A DNA stretch of 64,000 bases, from positions 2,720,001 to 2,784,000 of the forward strand of contig CBDFIQ010000002.1 in the NCBI GenBank assembly GCA_965248195.1, given 5' to 3'. The position numbers and the translations under genes were made by a program. Shown here piece after piece: positions 39,347 through 49,809 of this stretch (position 1 is its first letter; every line of letters begins with the position of its first letter). The stretch is from Longimicrobiales bacterium. GTDB taxonomy: Bacteria > Gemmatimonadota > Gemmatimonadetes > Longimicrobiales > Gaopeijiaceae. Below the pieces are notes generated by a model. The model was given only the letters and a program-made list of their open reading frames with translations. It was not told where the DNA came from and ran no database searches.

Positions 39347-40996
39347 CTAGTCCACCAGCGGCGCCGGCTCAGAAGACCCCAGTGGACGGAGCTCCACCTC
39401 CACACCCCCCTCCCCCACGCGGCTCCAGGATTCACGCGGCACCGGGTCGGTCTCGGGAAAGTCGAGGCGCGTATGCAGGCCGCGGCTCTCCTCCCTCTCA
39501 CGGGCTGACATCGCCATGATCAACCCGACCAGCGAAATATTGCGAAGCTCGACCAGGTCCGACGACGGCTTGCTGGTCCGGTAGAGGTGGTCCGACCACT
39601 CTCGCATCTCCGCCAGCCGGGTTACGGCGCGATCCAGCCGCCCGCGTGATCGGACCAGTCCCATGTAGTTCAGCATCAGGCTGCGGACCGCATCCCACTC
39701 GTGGTCGAGGATCACTCCCTGGTCCGGCAGCGGCAGGTCCGTTCCCGGCGGGAGCGGCGGGGGCGGCTCGGGTCCTTCGGCGGGCTGCGGTGCAACCGCT
39801 CCGGCCCGTTCGGCCAACACCGAGGCTTCGAGCAGTGAGTTGGACGCCAGCCGGTTGGCACCATGGACACCGGTGAACGCAACCTCACCGGCAGCGAAGA
39901 GCCCGTCGATTTCGGTACGCCCATCCAGATCGACAGCCACCCCACCGCACATGTAGTGCGCCGCTGGAACAACCGGAATGGGGTCCCTGCCCGCAACGAT
40001 CCCGTACTCCGCAAGGCGTGCCGAGATCGCCGGAAACCGCTCCGTGAATCGCGCCTCACCGATTCGAGAGGTATCCAGCAAGACGAACTTGTCGCCTCGG
40101 CGCTTGGTCTCCCGGTCGATCTCTCGGGCGACCACATCGCGGGGGGCCAGCGAGCCAAGGGGATGGCGGCCGTTCATGAACTCTTCACCGGCCAGGTTCC
40201 GGAGCACGGCGCCTTCTCCCCGAACGGCCTCCGAGATCAGGAAGGTCTTCGCCTCCACGTGATGAAGGCAGGTCGGGTGGAACTGGACCATTTCCATATT
40301 CCCGAGCGAACATCCGGCCCGGGCCGCCATCGCGACACCGTCCGCGGTGGCGATGTCAGGATTGGTCGTATACCGGTAGACCTTTCCACAGCCTCCGGTG
40401 GAGAGCATCGTGTGCTCCGCTCGAACCAACCCGGTGGCTCCAGTCTCCTGGTCGAGAAACGACACACCGTAACACCGGCGCCGCCCTCCATCGGCGCCTA
40501 CCCAGAGATCGAGCGCGAGGTGCTGCTCGAGGAGTGTGATCTCGGGGTGCTTCGCCACGGCGGCGAGCAACGTACTCTCGATCTCCTGCCCCGTGCGATC
40601 CTTCGAATGCACGATTCGTCGTCGGCTGTGCCCACCCTCCAGGCCGAGATCCAGGCCGTCGGAATCATCGACCGATTGTGCAAAGGTGGCGCCTAACTCC
40701 GTGAGACTGCGAACGAGAGCGGGCCCTTCCCGTACCACGACCTCGACCACATCCCTCCGGCACAAACCCGCCCCCGCCTCGAGAGTGTCCGCCACGTGCA
40801 GATCGAAGGAGTCGGTGGGATCGAGGACCGCCGCGAGCCCCCCTTGAGCCCGGTTGGTCGAGGAGTCGCTCCGAAACTTCTTGGTCAGAATGAGGACCGG
40901 CCCGTACTGGGCCGCGCGAAGGGCATAGGTGAGGCCGGCCACGCCACTACCCAGCACGAGCGTGGCGCAGCGGTGCGTGACGGATTGTGCGCCCAT
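39347..40996 (-). CDS. nadB: L-aspartate oxidase
   Basis: GSGVAGL, AQGG, EGGHSRRRIVH, QFHPT, LISEAVRGEG, HGANRLASNSLLE. Confidence 0.95.
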   Translation of the reverse strand: MGAQSVTHRCATLVLGSGVAGLTYALRAAQYGPVLILTKKFRSDSSTNRAQGGLAAVLDPTDSFDLHVADTLEAGAGLCRRDVVEVVVREGPALVRSLTELGATFAQSVDDSDGLDLGLEGGHSRRRIVHSKDRTGQEIESTLLAAVAKHPEITLLEQHLALDLWVGADGGRRRCYGVSFLDQETGATGLVRAEHTMLSTGGCGKVYRYTTNPDIATADGVAMAARAGCSLGNMEMVQFHPTCLHHVEAKTFLISEAVRGEGAVLRNLAGEEFMNGRHPLGSLAPRDVVAREIDRETKRRGDKFVLLDTSRIGEARFTERFPAISARLAEYGIVAGRDPIPVVPAAHYMCGGVAVDLDGRTEIDGLFAAGEVAFTGVHGANRLASNSLLEASVLAERAGAVAPQPAEGPEPPPPLPPGTDLPLPDQGVILDHEWDAVRSLMLNYMGLVRSRGRLDRAVTRLAEMREWSDHLYRTSKPSSDLVELRNISLVGLIMAMSAREREESRGLHTRLDFPETDPVPRESWSRVGEGGVEVELRPLGSSEPAPLVD

Positions 40997-41118
40997 GATC
41001 TCCGTGGGTGATGAGCTTCGACGGCCGTGACGAGTTTCGGCGCCAGTGTAGACCATCCGGCCCCGGAACGACAGATTCCGGGGATTCGTCCAGCGATCAC
41101 GGCACGCCGAGGATCCCG

Positions 41119-41619
41119 ATGGCCAAGAAGAGTTCGTTCGATGTCTCCACCGGCGTCGATCTCCAGGAAGTCGACAACGCAGTGAATCAGGCGCGAAAAG
41201 AAATCGCCACCCGTTACGACTTCAAAGGAACGGACTGCACGGTGGAGTTCGACCGGGGCGGCGGAGCGATCAGGTTGGAGGCGGATGACGAATATCGCCT
41301 TACGGCCGTGCTTCAGGTTGTGCGTGAGAAGCTCACGCGGCGGAGCGTACCGGTGAAGAATCTGGATCAAGGCGGCGTCGAGATCGGCAGCCTTGGGCGA
41401 GCCCGTCAGACCGTGGGCCTCAAGCAAGGAATCGACCAGGAGACCGCGAAAAAGATGGTGAAAGTAGTCAAGAACCACGGATTCAAAAAAGTCCAGGTCC
41501 AGATCCAAGGCGAGGAATTGAGGGTCACGAGCCCCTCCAAGGACGAGCTGCAGCAGGTCATGGAGCTCCTGAAAGGGGAGGACTGGGGGATAGAGCTCCA
41601 GTTCGGCAACTATCGGTAG
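41119..41619 (+). CDS. yajQ: YajQ-family nucleotide-binding protein
   Basis: SFDV..VDLQEVDNAVNQA..RYDFKG...LQFGNYR. Confidence 0.95.
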   Translation: MAKKSSFDVSTGVDLQEVDNAVNQARKEIATRYDFKGTDCTVEFDRGGGAIRLEADDEYRLTAVLQVVREKLTRRSVPVKNLDQGGVEIGSLGRARQTVGLKQGIDQETAKKMVKVVKNHGFKKVQVQIQGEELRVTSPSKDELQQVMELLKGEDWGIELQFGNYR

Positions 41620-41739
41620 GTGGCTCCCTAGCCCCGATCCGATTAACCTGCGTACCGGTCCGCTGAGGCACCCCGCGGTCAAAGATGCTCCCCTCAGACG
41701 ACCGCGCCGTTGAAAAACCCGTCCTTGGGAGGAATCAGA

Positions 41740-42243
41740 ATGCCTAGAGGTCAGCGTCGTTGGTCAGTTCTCGTGAGCGGTTTTCTCGTAGTCGTTTTCT
41801 TCGCTGCGCCGGCTGCCGCGCAGCAAAGAGGCGCCCCAGCCGCCCCCCCGGGCCCAACCGCCGCCCAGGCGATGGCGGCCCTCGCCGCCGCCCAGGAGGA
41901 GGCGGAGGCGTTAGGCGTCAGCCTCAGCTGCGCGGTCGTCGATTCCCGTGGAGACATGATCGCGCTGGCCCGCATGGACGGGGCGCGGTTCTATACCACC
42001 GACGTCGCGCGCGGCAAGGCACGAATGTCGGCACTGTTCGGCCAACCGAGCGGGAATATGGCGGATTTCGGCAACTCTCTCGCCTTCCAGAGCTTCAACG
42101 AGACGATCTCGGGTCCGCTTTACGCATTCCAGGGCGCCCTGCCGATCATGCGGGATGGCGAATTGATCGGCGCCATGGGCTGCAGCGGCGCGGCATCACA
42201 GGTGGACGAAGACGCGGTGCGCTCCGCGCTTTCGGTCTTCTAG
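41740..42243 (+). CDS. Secreted GlcG/HbpS-family heme-binding protein
   Basis: Signal peptide; AVVDSRG..RMDGA..ARGKA; QGALPI..IGAMGCSG. Confidence 0.85.
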   Translation: MPRGQRRWSVLVSGFLVVVFFAAPAAAQQRGAPAAPPGPTAAQAMAALAAAQEEAEALGVSLSCAVVDSRGDMIALARMDGARFYTTDVARGKARMSALFGQPSGNMADFGNSLAFQSFNETISGPLYAFQGALPIMRDGELIGAMGCSGAASQVDEDAVRSALSVF

Positions 42244-42296
42244 ACCGGCCGCCCGATGTCCAGACCCGACCTCCGACTCTTCCTGGAGAGAGTTCG

Positions 42297-42797
42297 ATGA
42301 ACCAGACCAAGAATTTCTCGCGGGCACTGCTCGCGATCATGCTCGTCGCTGGGGGCGCCGCCGCGCCGGTGGGACTCGCGGCTCAGGCCGGCCCACAACG
42401 GCTCACATTAAGCGAAGCACAAGCCATCATCGCGGCGGCGGAAAGAGATGCCGCGAGAAAAAACCTTCGACTCAGCATCGCAGTGGTCGACGGTCGGGGC
42501 GACCTGATCGCCGCCACCCGGATGCCGAATGCGCGCGCCACGACCATCGACACGGCGATCGGCAAAGCCATGGGCGCCGCGATCTTCGGGCGGCCCAGCG
42601 CCGACCTCGCTGCGAACTCGAGCTCTCCCCTGTATCAGAATATGAACGAAGCGACGGGCGGCCGGCTGCGGTTCTTCCAGGGTGCGGTCCCGATCGTAAG
42701 AAACGGCTATACGGTGGGAGCGGTGGGCGCGAGTGGAGCGTCGGCCCAAGATGACGAAGACAATGTGAAGGCGGCGCTAGCGGCGGTGGGGCTCTAG
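42297..42797 (+). CDS. Secreted GlcG/HbpS-family heme-binding protein (paralog)
   Basis: Signal peptide; IAVVDGRG..AIGKA; QGAVPI..VGAVGASGA. Confidence 0.85.
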   Translation: MNQTKNFSRALLAIMLVAGGAAAPVGLAAQAGPQRLTLSEAQAIIAAAERDAARKNLRLSIAVVDGRGDLIAATRMPNARATTIDTAIGKAMGAAIFGRPSADLAANSSSPLYQNMNEATGGRLRFFQGAVPIVRNGYTVGAVGASGASAQDDEDNVKAALAAVGL

Positions 42798-42811
42798 GGG
42801 AATCATTCCGT

Positions 42812-43942
42812 ATGAAAACGAACCTTCGATTGCGATGGGCGAAACGCTTCGAGGGCGTCCTCCCTGGCGCCTGCCCGCGGGTGCTGATCGGCACCGCCTT
42901 CCTCGCTGTAGTCAGCGCCGCCCTGGTTGTCATGAGTGTCCCGTTGCCCTCCCAGGCACAGGAATTGGCGTGGGGGCTCACCGCTATTCCCGGTATCAAG
43001 GTCGGTCACTTTACTCTGAGCGAGCGGCTGACCGGTTGCACGGTGGTGCTGGCCGAGAGTGGTGCCGTGGGCGGCGTAGACGTCCGGGGTGGCGCGCCGG
43101 GCACGAGAGAGACCGCGCTGCTCGATCCGGTGAATACCGTGCAGGAGGTGCACGCGGTCGTGCTTTCCGGCGGGAGCGCGTTTGGATTGGACGCGGCGAG
43201 CGGGGTCGTCCGGTATCTGGACGAACGGGACATCGGCTACCGGGTCGGGCCAAACGTCGTTCCGATCGTGGTGGGTGCGATCCTCTATGACCTGTCCGTC
43301 GGCGATAATCCACGCATTCGGCCCGACGCGGACTGTGGTTATCGCGCCGCCAGCCACGCCAGCACCGAGACATCCGCCGAGGGGAATGTCGGCGCCGGCG
43401 CCGGCGCCACCGTCGGAAAGTGGGGTGGGATGGCCCGCGCCATGAAGGGGGGGCTGGGAACGGCCTCGATCACCCTCGACGACGGACTCACGGTGGCGGC
43501 CATCGTCGCGGTCAACGCGGTGGGGGACATCATCGATCCGGCGACCGGGTCGGTCATCGCGGGTGTTCGTACGGCCGACGGACAGGGGCTCGCCGATGCA
43601 CGTATGCTGCTTCGGTCCGGAGCGTCGAACGAACCCCAAAGCGGCGCCAACACAACCATCGGAGTCGTCGCGACCAACGCGACACTCACCAAGGCCGAGG
43701 CCACGAAGGTCGCGCAGATGGCCCAAGATGGTCTGGCGCGTACGATCTACCCCGCCCACACGCCTGGAGATGGAGACACGGTCTTCTCCTTGGCCATGGG
43801 CACGTTCTCCGAGGCCGCCTCATTATCGACGATCGGAGCCTTGGCGGCTGACGTGATGGCGGAAGCGATCCTGCGCGCCGTACGGGCGGCTACAGGGATT
43901 CCTGGAATTCCCGCGGCCAGCGACTTGAATACGGGCAGGTGA
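42812..43942 (+). CDS. P1/S58 (DmpA-like) peptidase
   Basis: DVRGGAPGTRET, LSGGSAFGL, GNVGAGAGA, NTTIGVVATNA, HTPGDGDTVF. Confidence 0.92.
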   Translation: MKTNLRLRWAKRFEGVLPGACPRVLIGTAFLAVVSAALVVMSVPLPSQAQELAWGLTAIPGIKVGHFTLSERLTGCTVVLAESGAVGGVDVRGGAPGTRETALLDPVNTVQEVHAVVLSGGSAFGLDAASGVVRYLDERDIGYRVGPNVVPIVVGAILYDLSVGDNPRIRPDADCGYRAASHASTETSAEGNVGAGAGATVGKWGGMARAMKGGLGTASITLDDGLTVAAIVAVNAVGDIIDPATGSVIAGVRTADGQGLADARMLLRSGASNEPQSGANTTIGVVATNATLTKAEATKVAQMAQDGLARTIYPAHTPGDGDTVFSLAMGTFSEAASLSTIGALAADVMAEAILRAVRAATGIPGIPAASDLNTGR

Positions 43943-43979
43943 CTGACCCCCTCCCCCTCCCCCTCCGACACCGCAACCG

Positions 43980-45389
43980 TTGAACCTCACACTCGTTCTG
44001 CTCCTGGCCTACGCGGCCGGGCTCATCGGACTCGGCGTATGGATCGGCCGCCGCGTCGAGAGCAGCGGGGGCTTCTTCGTGGCCAACCGCCGCCTCAGCG
44101 CGGCACTCCTGTTTTCGACCGTGCTGGCCGCGAACATCGGGGTCAGCAGCACGGTCGGGGCCGCCAGCCTCGGGTATCGAGATGGGCTATCGGCCTGGTG
44201 GTGGGTGGGGTCGGCGGCGGTCGGTACCGCGATCCTGGCGTTCTGGATCGGCCCCAGAATCTGGCGAGTCGCGACGAGGAACGGGCTTTATACTGTGGGG
44301 GATTATCTCGAGCACCGATACGGCAGGTCGGTACGCGCCATAGTCACCAGCCTCCTCTGGATCGCGACGCCGACGGCATTGGCCGCACAGCTCATCGCCC
44401 TTGCCAAGATCCTGGAGTTCGTCGCGGGTGTCCCCGAATGGGCGGGTGTCCTCACGGGCGCCGTCGTTATGACGGTCTACTTCACCGCCGGAGGGCTCCT
44501 CACGTCCGCGTGGGTGAACATGGTGCAGCTCGTGGTGCTCACCGTGGGATTCGCGATCGCGGTACCGTGGGCACTGATCAGCGCCGGCGGCTGGAGCGCC
44601 GTGGTCGCTGCCGCTCCCGAGACGTGCGATTACATGAGTTTTTGGCAGGGAGGCAGTTCCGGCTGGATCTACTTGGCGCTCGTGGCTCCCAACTTCATCG
44701 TTTCCCCGGGGATCATCCAAAAGGCCTATGGAGCGGTGGACGAGCGAGCGATCCGCATCGGTCTGGGAGCCACGGCCGTGGCGCTTCTCGCGTTCGCGAT
44801 CGCGCCGCCCCTGTTCGGCATGATCGCCAGGGTCTACGACCCGAACCTGATCGACATTGAACACGCCTTGATGCTGGTGTTGACGACAGGACTCCCGACC
44901 ATGGTGGGGAGCCTCGGGCTGGCGGCGGTGGTATCGGCGGAAATCAGCTCGGCCGATGCGATCCTGTTCATGCTTTCCACGTCGCTTTCGAAGGACCTGT
45001 ACAAGCGTTTCCTACGCCCGGACGCGAGTGACGCCCAAGTGCTGAAGGTGGCGCGCGCGGCCGCCGTAGGGGGCGGCGTGCTAGGGGTGCTCCTGGCTCT
45101 TGTTTTACCCTCGGTCATCGGGGCCATAAGCATCTTCTACGCCCTGATGGCGGTCTGCCTCTTCGTGCCTCTGGTCGCAGGTCTATACACCCGCCTAGCG
45201 GGCGTTCCCGAGGCCCTGGCCGCGAGCGGCGTGGGGGTGGTCACACTGATCACGATCGAGCTCGCCGGCCTCTCCGACGTATCCCCATTGCTGGACCGCA
45301 GCCTGCTCGGAGTCCTGGCGTCGGCCGCGGCGTTCATTGTCGTGAGGGCATGGCGGTCTTCCAAGGCCCGTCAAGCGGCGCGGAACTGA
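43980..45389 (+). CDS. Sodium:solute symporter
   Basis: Polytopic; FFVANRRL, YFTAGGL, SAEISSAD. Confidence 0.9.
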   Translation: MNLTLVLLLAYAAGLIGLGVWIGRRVESSGGFFVANRRLSAALLFSTVLAANIGVSSTVGAASLGYRDGLSAWWWVGSAAVGTAILAFWIGPRIWRVATRNGLYTVGDYLEHRYGRSVRAIVTSLLWIATPTALAAQLIALAKILEFVAGVPEWAGVLTGAVVMTVYFTAGGLLTSAWVNMVQLVVLTVGFAIAVPWALISAGGWSAVVAAAPETCDYMSFWQGGSSGWIYLALVAPNFIVSPGIIQKAYGAVDERAIRIGLGATAVALLAFAIAPPLFGMIARVYDPNLIDIEHALMLVLTTGLPTMVGSLGLAAVVSAEISSADAILFMLSTSLSKDLYKRFLRPDASDAQVLKVARAAAVGGGVLGVLLALVLPSVIGAISIFYALMAVCLFVPLVAGLYTRLAGVPEALAASGVGVVTLITIELAGLSDVSPLLDRSLLGVLASAAAFIVVRAWRSSKARQAARN

Positions 45390-45396
45390 GGTCGGC

Positions 45397-46245
45397 TCAG
45401 GCCTCGATTCGTTCCGCCCCTGCGTAGACGTTGAAGCCGTCCGACCGAGTGAAGCCGAGAAGGCTGATGTTGAAGCGCTTCGCCAGATCCACCGCGAGGC
45501 TGGAGGGTGCCCCCACGGCGACGACCAAGGGGATGCCCGCCGCCAAAGCCTTCTGCATGATCTCGAAGGAGGTCCGTCCAGAGACCGCCAAAATGGTCCG
45601 TCCCAAGGGGAGCTCCCCCGCCAGAAAAGCCTCCCCTACAACCTTGTCGACGGCATTGTGCCGTCCGACGTCCTCGCGAACGGAGACGAGCTCGCCTGAT
45701 TCGTCGAAGCGGCCCGCGGCGTGGATGCCGCCCGTGCGGTCGAAGAGCCCCTGCTGGGCTCGGAGCTTCTCCGGCAGCCCACTCAGAATCTCCGGGTCCA
45801 GACTCATGCCCTCGTCCGGGAGCCGCTCGCACCCGCGGATCTCCACCGCCTCCAACGACGCCTTCCCGCATACCCCACAGCTCGAGCTCATGTAGAAGTT
45901 TCTCGAAAGTGCGTCGGGATCGAAAGAAACTCCTGGCCTCAGCTTCACGAGTACGATGTTGTAGGCCTGGGGCTCGTCGCTCTGGCAGTAGCTGATCTCA
46001 GCGAGGTCGTCCCTGCGAAGCAGGAGTCCCTCGCCGTACAAGAAACCAGCCGCCAACTCGAAGTCGTTCCCCGGCGTGCGCATCGTAACCGACACCGCGC
46101 AAGTCTCGCGGACGCCGTTTCGCGTGAATTCCACCCGGATCTCGAGCGGCTCCTCCACCGTCACGACGTCCTTACGCACGACGAGGCGGCCGTTGGCCAA
46201 GCGAGAGACCTGGACCCGCGACAAACCCTTCCCCGGCGAGATCAC
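45397..46245 (-). CDS. fdhD: Formate dehydrogenase accessory sulfurtransferase
   Basis: EEPLEI, TMRTPG, SSSCGVCG, EDVGRHNAVDK. Confidence 0.95.
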   Translation of the reverse strand: MISPGKGLSRVQVSRLANGRLVVRKDVVTVEEPLEIRVEFTRNGVRETCAVSVTMRTPGNDFELAAGFLYGEGLLLRRDDLAEISYCQSDEPQAYNIVLVKLRPGVSFDPDALSRNFYMSSSCGVCGKASLEAVEIRGCERLPDEGMSLDPEILSGLPEKLRAQQGLFDRTGGIHAAGRFDESGELVSVREDVGRHNAVDKVVGEAFLAGELPLGRTILAVSGRTSFEIMQKALAAGIPLVVAVGAPSSLAVDLAKRFNISLLGFTRSDGFNVYAGAERIEA

Positions 46246-47099
46246 GATCCCGATTCCCCGGACTCTCCGGACTCTCCGGACTCCCCGGACGCCAAGGGAA
46301 CGAAGGCCACGATCCGAAGCGGACCACCGCTCCCGCCGGCGACCTTCATGGGCAACGCAACCACGAAGGCACCCTCCTCCGGAAGCTCATGGAGGTTGGC
46401 AACGTTCTCGAACCCAGGAATGTTGGCGCCATAGATGATCACGTGGGCCTCGAACCCTGAAGACTGGCCATAGTCGATGCTGGGGGTGTCGATGCCCACC
46501 GCAGCGACGTTGCGTTGATCGGCGAGCCAGCGGGCCGCATCCGGGTGAATGCCGGGAAAGTGGAGCTCTGCGACGGCCTCCGGGCCGGTGCGCTCCGTTC
46601 CCAAGTAGCTGAGTCGATTGGGCCAGCGTTCTCCCCACCCGGTCCGCAGAAGCAGAATCGCGCCATCCGGGATGCGACCATGGACACCCTCCCACGCCTC
46701 GAGATCCGCCACGTCGATCCGATAGTCGGGGGTGGCGCGGGCCGATACGTCCACGACCACGGCCGGGGCGATCAGACGATCGAGTGGGATCTGCGCGGTG
46801 GTCATGCCGCCCCGAAAGAAGTGAATCGGCGCGTCGAGATGAGTGCCACCATGCTCCGCCGTCGAGATCTTGTACGAACTGTAGAAATAACCCGCCTCGG
46901 TCTCGCCGTACGCGAGCTCCTCCAGCCGGAAGCCGTCTTCGGTCGGCCAGTAGATGGTCTCTTCAGAGAAGGCATAACTAAGGTCGATCCAGCGTCCTCC
47001 CGACCCGTCGAATACCGCCGAATAATCAGGCCGACCGGAGGGGGCCTGGCAACTGACGAGCATTATAAGGCTCCCTACCGAGACGAGCGATACACGCAT
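46242..47099 (-). CDS. Cyclase / kynurenine formamidase-like lipoprotein
   Basis: EHGGTHLDAPIHF, GIDTPSID, GGSGGPLR; 9-bp tandem repeat encodes (SGE)n tail. Confidence 0.9.
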   Translation of the reverse strand: MRVSLVSVGSLIMLVSCQAPSGRPDYSAVFDGSGGRWIDLSYAFSEETIYWPTEDGFRLEELAYGETEAGYFYSSYKISTAEHGGTHLDAPIHFFRGGMTTAQIPLDRLIAPAVVVDVSARATPDYRIDVADLEAWEGVHGRIPDGAILLLRTGWGERWPNRLSYLGTERTGPEAVAELHFPGIHPDAARWLADQRNVAAVGIDTPSIDYGQSSGFEAHVIIYGANIPGFENVANLHELPEEGAFVVALPMKVAGGSGGPLRIVAFVPLASGESGESGESGESGS

Positions 47100-47264
47100 G
47101 ACTCCCTCCTTGGCAACGGACCACTAGACTTCGCCGTCTCGGGCGGCGCCGCAATCCCCCCCCCGGACTGGCGCGTGCGCCGCCAGACCGTCCTATTGTC
47201 AGGATCCCAACACTGGACCTGGTCTCGCGGCACGCGCGAGCGTGTCAACTCGAGGGGGAAAACG

Positions 47265-48257
47265 ATGAACGTGAGGTCGATGACGTCGGCCGTGATGTTT
47301 GCGGCGGCGATGACGCTCTGCTTGGGCGGAGCGACGGTGACGGTCCAGGCCCAGAACGTGACGCGGGCTCCACACAATCTGGCTGAGTTTGACGCGATGT
47401 TCCAGGAGCTCTCGAATTGGGGCCGCTGGGGCGCAGACGACGAGCGCGGGACAATGAACCTGATTACCCCGGCCAAGACCCGTCAGGCAGCCGCGCTGGT
47501 CCGAAGCGGGATCACTGTATCCCTCGCGCACAATCCGATGCCACAAGAGGCTCCTGACAACCCGGCTACCGCGTTCGAACACATCATGGGCCGGAGTCTC
47601 CGGAGTGACACCTACCGCTTCACGTATCACGGCTACGGGGTCAGTCACATCGACGCGCTCTGCCACTTCGCCCACAATGGCCGACTCTACAACGACGTCC
47701 CCATGTCGGCGACGACGTCCGAGGGGTGCGGCAAGAACGGTATCCACAACCTCAAGAGTGGCATCGTCACCCGCGGTATCCTCCTCGACTTCCCGCGCCT
47801 CAAGGGCGTGCCCTACCTCGAGCCGACAACCCCGATCTACATCGAGGATATCGAAGCCTGGGAGCGGCAGGCCGGCGTCACCGTCTCGCCCGGCGACGTC
47901 ATCTTCATCCGCACCGGCCGTTGGGCGCGGCGCGAAGCTCTCGGACCCTGGGAGGTGTCGGGAAACAGCGCCGGCTTGCACGCGTCTGTCCTCCCCTGGA
48001 TCAAGGAACGCGACGTCGCGTTCGTGGGGAGCGATGCGGCAACGGATGTGATGCCTTCGCTGGTCGAGGGTATCACGCAGCCGCTCCATACCTTTCTGAT
48101 CGCAGGCCTGGGCTCGAACATCTTCGACAACATGGACCTCGAAGCGCTCGCCGAGACGGCGGCCCGTCTGAACCGCTGGGAGTTCATGCTGAGCGCAGGT
48201 CCGATTCCGGTAACGGGTGGAACGGGCTCCCCGCTCAACCCCATCGCGGTGTTCTGA
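47265..48257 (+). CDS. Secreted cyclase-family protein
   Basis: NWGRWGADDERGTMNL, SHIDALCH, GGTGSPLNP. Confidence 0.9.
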   Translation: MNVRSMTSAVMFAAAMTLCLGGATVTVQAQNVTRAPHNLAEFDAMFQELSNWGRWGADDERGTMNLITPAKTRQAAALVRSGITVSLAHNPMPQEAPDNPATAFEHIMGRSLRSDTYRFTYHGYGVSHIDALCHFAHNGRLYNDVPMSATTSEGCGKNGIHNLKSGIVTRGILLDFPRLKGVPYLEPTTPIYIEDIEAWERQAGVTVSPGDVIFIRTGRWARREALGPWEVSGNSAGLHASVLPWIKERDVAFVGSDAATDVMPSLVEGITQPLHTFLIAGLGSNIFDNMDLEALAETAARLNRWEFMLSAGPIPVTGGTGSPLNPIAVF

Positions 48258-48416
48258 ACGACGGAGGCGTCATCATGTTGAACTTGAGTAGTACCCGATT
48301 CCTGCTGTCGGCTCGGGCGAGCTGACGGGTAGCACCTGCCCGATCTGAGCCGCGTCGGCCCAGAGCTCGGACGAAGCGGAAGTCGACTGTCTTCCTGTTG
48401 TCACGGACAGGGGGGG

Positions 48417-49260
48417 ATGAGGATGAGGATACGATCCATTCGACAAGGGATGCTCGTGGTCGCCGCGGCCCTCGGATCGGGCTGCGGAAGTCCGGTGGCG
48501 GTGTCGGAATTCTCCGAGGTGCCCGCCGACGGTGCGGTGCTTGCCGCCACAATCGACTTCCCGAGTGGTGAGGGGCCCTTTCCCGCGATCGTGTTATCGC
48601 ATGGTTCCGGGCGGACGAACCGACAAGATCAGGAGGGAACCGCGAATCAGTACGTGAGCGAGGGATTCGCCGTCGTCCGCTACGACAAGCGAGGCATTGG
48701 AGAGTCCACGGGGCAGTACGTGGCCCCGGGCGCTGCCAACAGCGAGACGATCTTCCCGATCCTGGCGTCAGACCTTGCGGCGATCGTTGATTTTTTCCGC
48801 TTGGATTCGCGCATCGACTCCAGCAAGATCGGCGTCCTCGGCGCCAGCCAGGCCGGTTGGATCATGCCCCTGGCTGCCTCCCTGTCCGACCATATCAGGT
48901 TCATGGTCTCGGTGTCGGGCGCCACGAGCTCTGTGGGCGTGTCCGACTACTTCGACGGCATCGCCGAGGGACGGACCCATGCCGAGCTCGCGGACTCTCT
49001 GGCAGCGTACGACGGAATCGAGGGGTTCGATCCCGAGCCCTACCTGCGCGCGCCCCGCACTCTGGGTCTACGGCGGAGAGGACCGAAGCAACCCGACCGC
49101 GAACGATGTCGGCATCTTGGAGCGCATCCGAGCGGAGACGGGAAACGACTTCACGATCCACGTCTTCGAGCGTGCGACTCACGGCATGCGCGACTTCGAA
49201 ACGGGCGACCAGATACCATCCGTGCCGGAATGTATCCTGCCGTGGCTGCAGGAGCTTTGA
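48417..49260 (+). pseudogene. Alpha/beta hydrolase, frameshifted near 49050
   Basis: HGSG, YDKRG, GASQAG in one frame; ALWVYGGED...HGM in the next. Confidence 0.8.
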
Positions 49261-49324
49261 AGGCGATCGAGGAACCGAACGGCGGCGCGGTCGGCCGCGC
49301 TGGCCGAACTGGCGGCCTAGAGCC

Positions 49325-49780
49325 TTATTTTTCGGACGTTGAAGGAACGAACGCAACCATCCGCAACGGCACCTCATCGGCCTCGAAACGCACGAGTTGG
49401 ATCGGGCTACCGTCCGGCCGACTGAGCTCTGCGCAGCAGAGGCCGAACGTCCCTGGTGCTCGCGAGGGGTTGCCAACGACCCTGATCGGGTCACCCGCCT
49501 TGATCGTTTCACGGTTCCAGCCACGGCGGGACATGCTCACGGCCGCGCCCAACTCGACTTCCCATTCCACCATCTGACCGTCGTCGCTCTCCCCCTCGAT
49601 GTACAGGAACGAGTGCGGATTCCGGAAGTTGAATCTCAGGACGGTGCCAACGACCTCCACTTCCTGCGCGTCATCGTAGAACGGCGCGCTGCTATGGTGC
49701 GCTTCCGCCGGGAAACCCGTGACTACGAGGCTCAGGACGACAACGGCGGCGATTGACGATGTCCAGAAAAGTAGCTTCAC
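49325..49780 (-). CDS. DUF6152-like secreted protein
   Basis: AHHSSAPFYD, FRNPHS, WEVE. Confidence 0.8.
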   Translation of the reverse strand: MKLLFWTSSIAAVVVLSLVVTGFPAEAHHSSAPFYDDAQEVEVVGTVLRFNFRNPHSFLYIEGESDDGQMVEWEVELGAAVSMSRRGWNRETIKAGDPIRVVGNPSRAPGTFGLCCAELSRPDGSPIQLVRFEADEVPLRMVAFVPSTSEK

Positions 49781-49809
49781 CGGTCTGCCTCCTTGAGTTA
49801 GACCACTCA

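Noticed and set aside
46250..46292. 9-bp tandem repeat as a regulatory element
   Set aside because: In-frame low-complexity (SGE)n tail of the cyclase
49325..49380. PLRMVAFVP tail of the DUF6152-like protein resembling the cyclase C-terminus
   Set aside because: Match too short to establish a fusion
48417..49577. 386-aa ORF as one intact protein
   Set aside because: Its C-terminal half is out-of-frame read-through overlapping the opposite-strand gene
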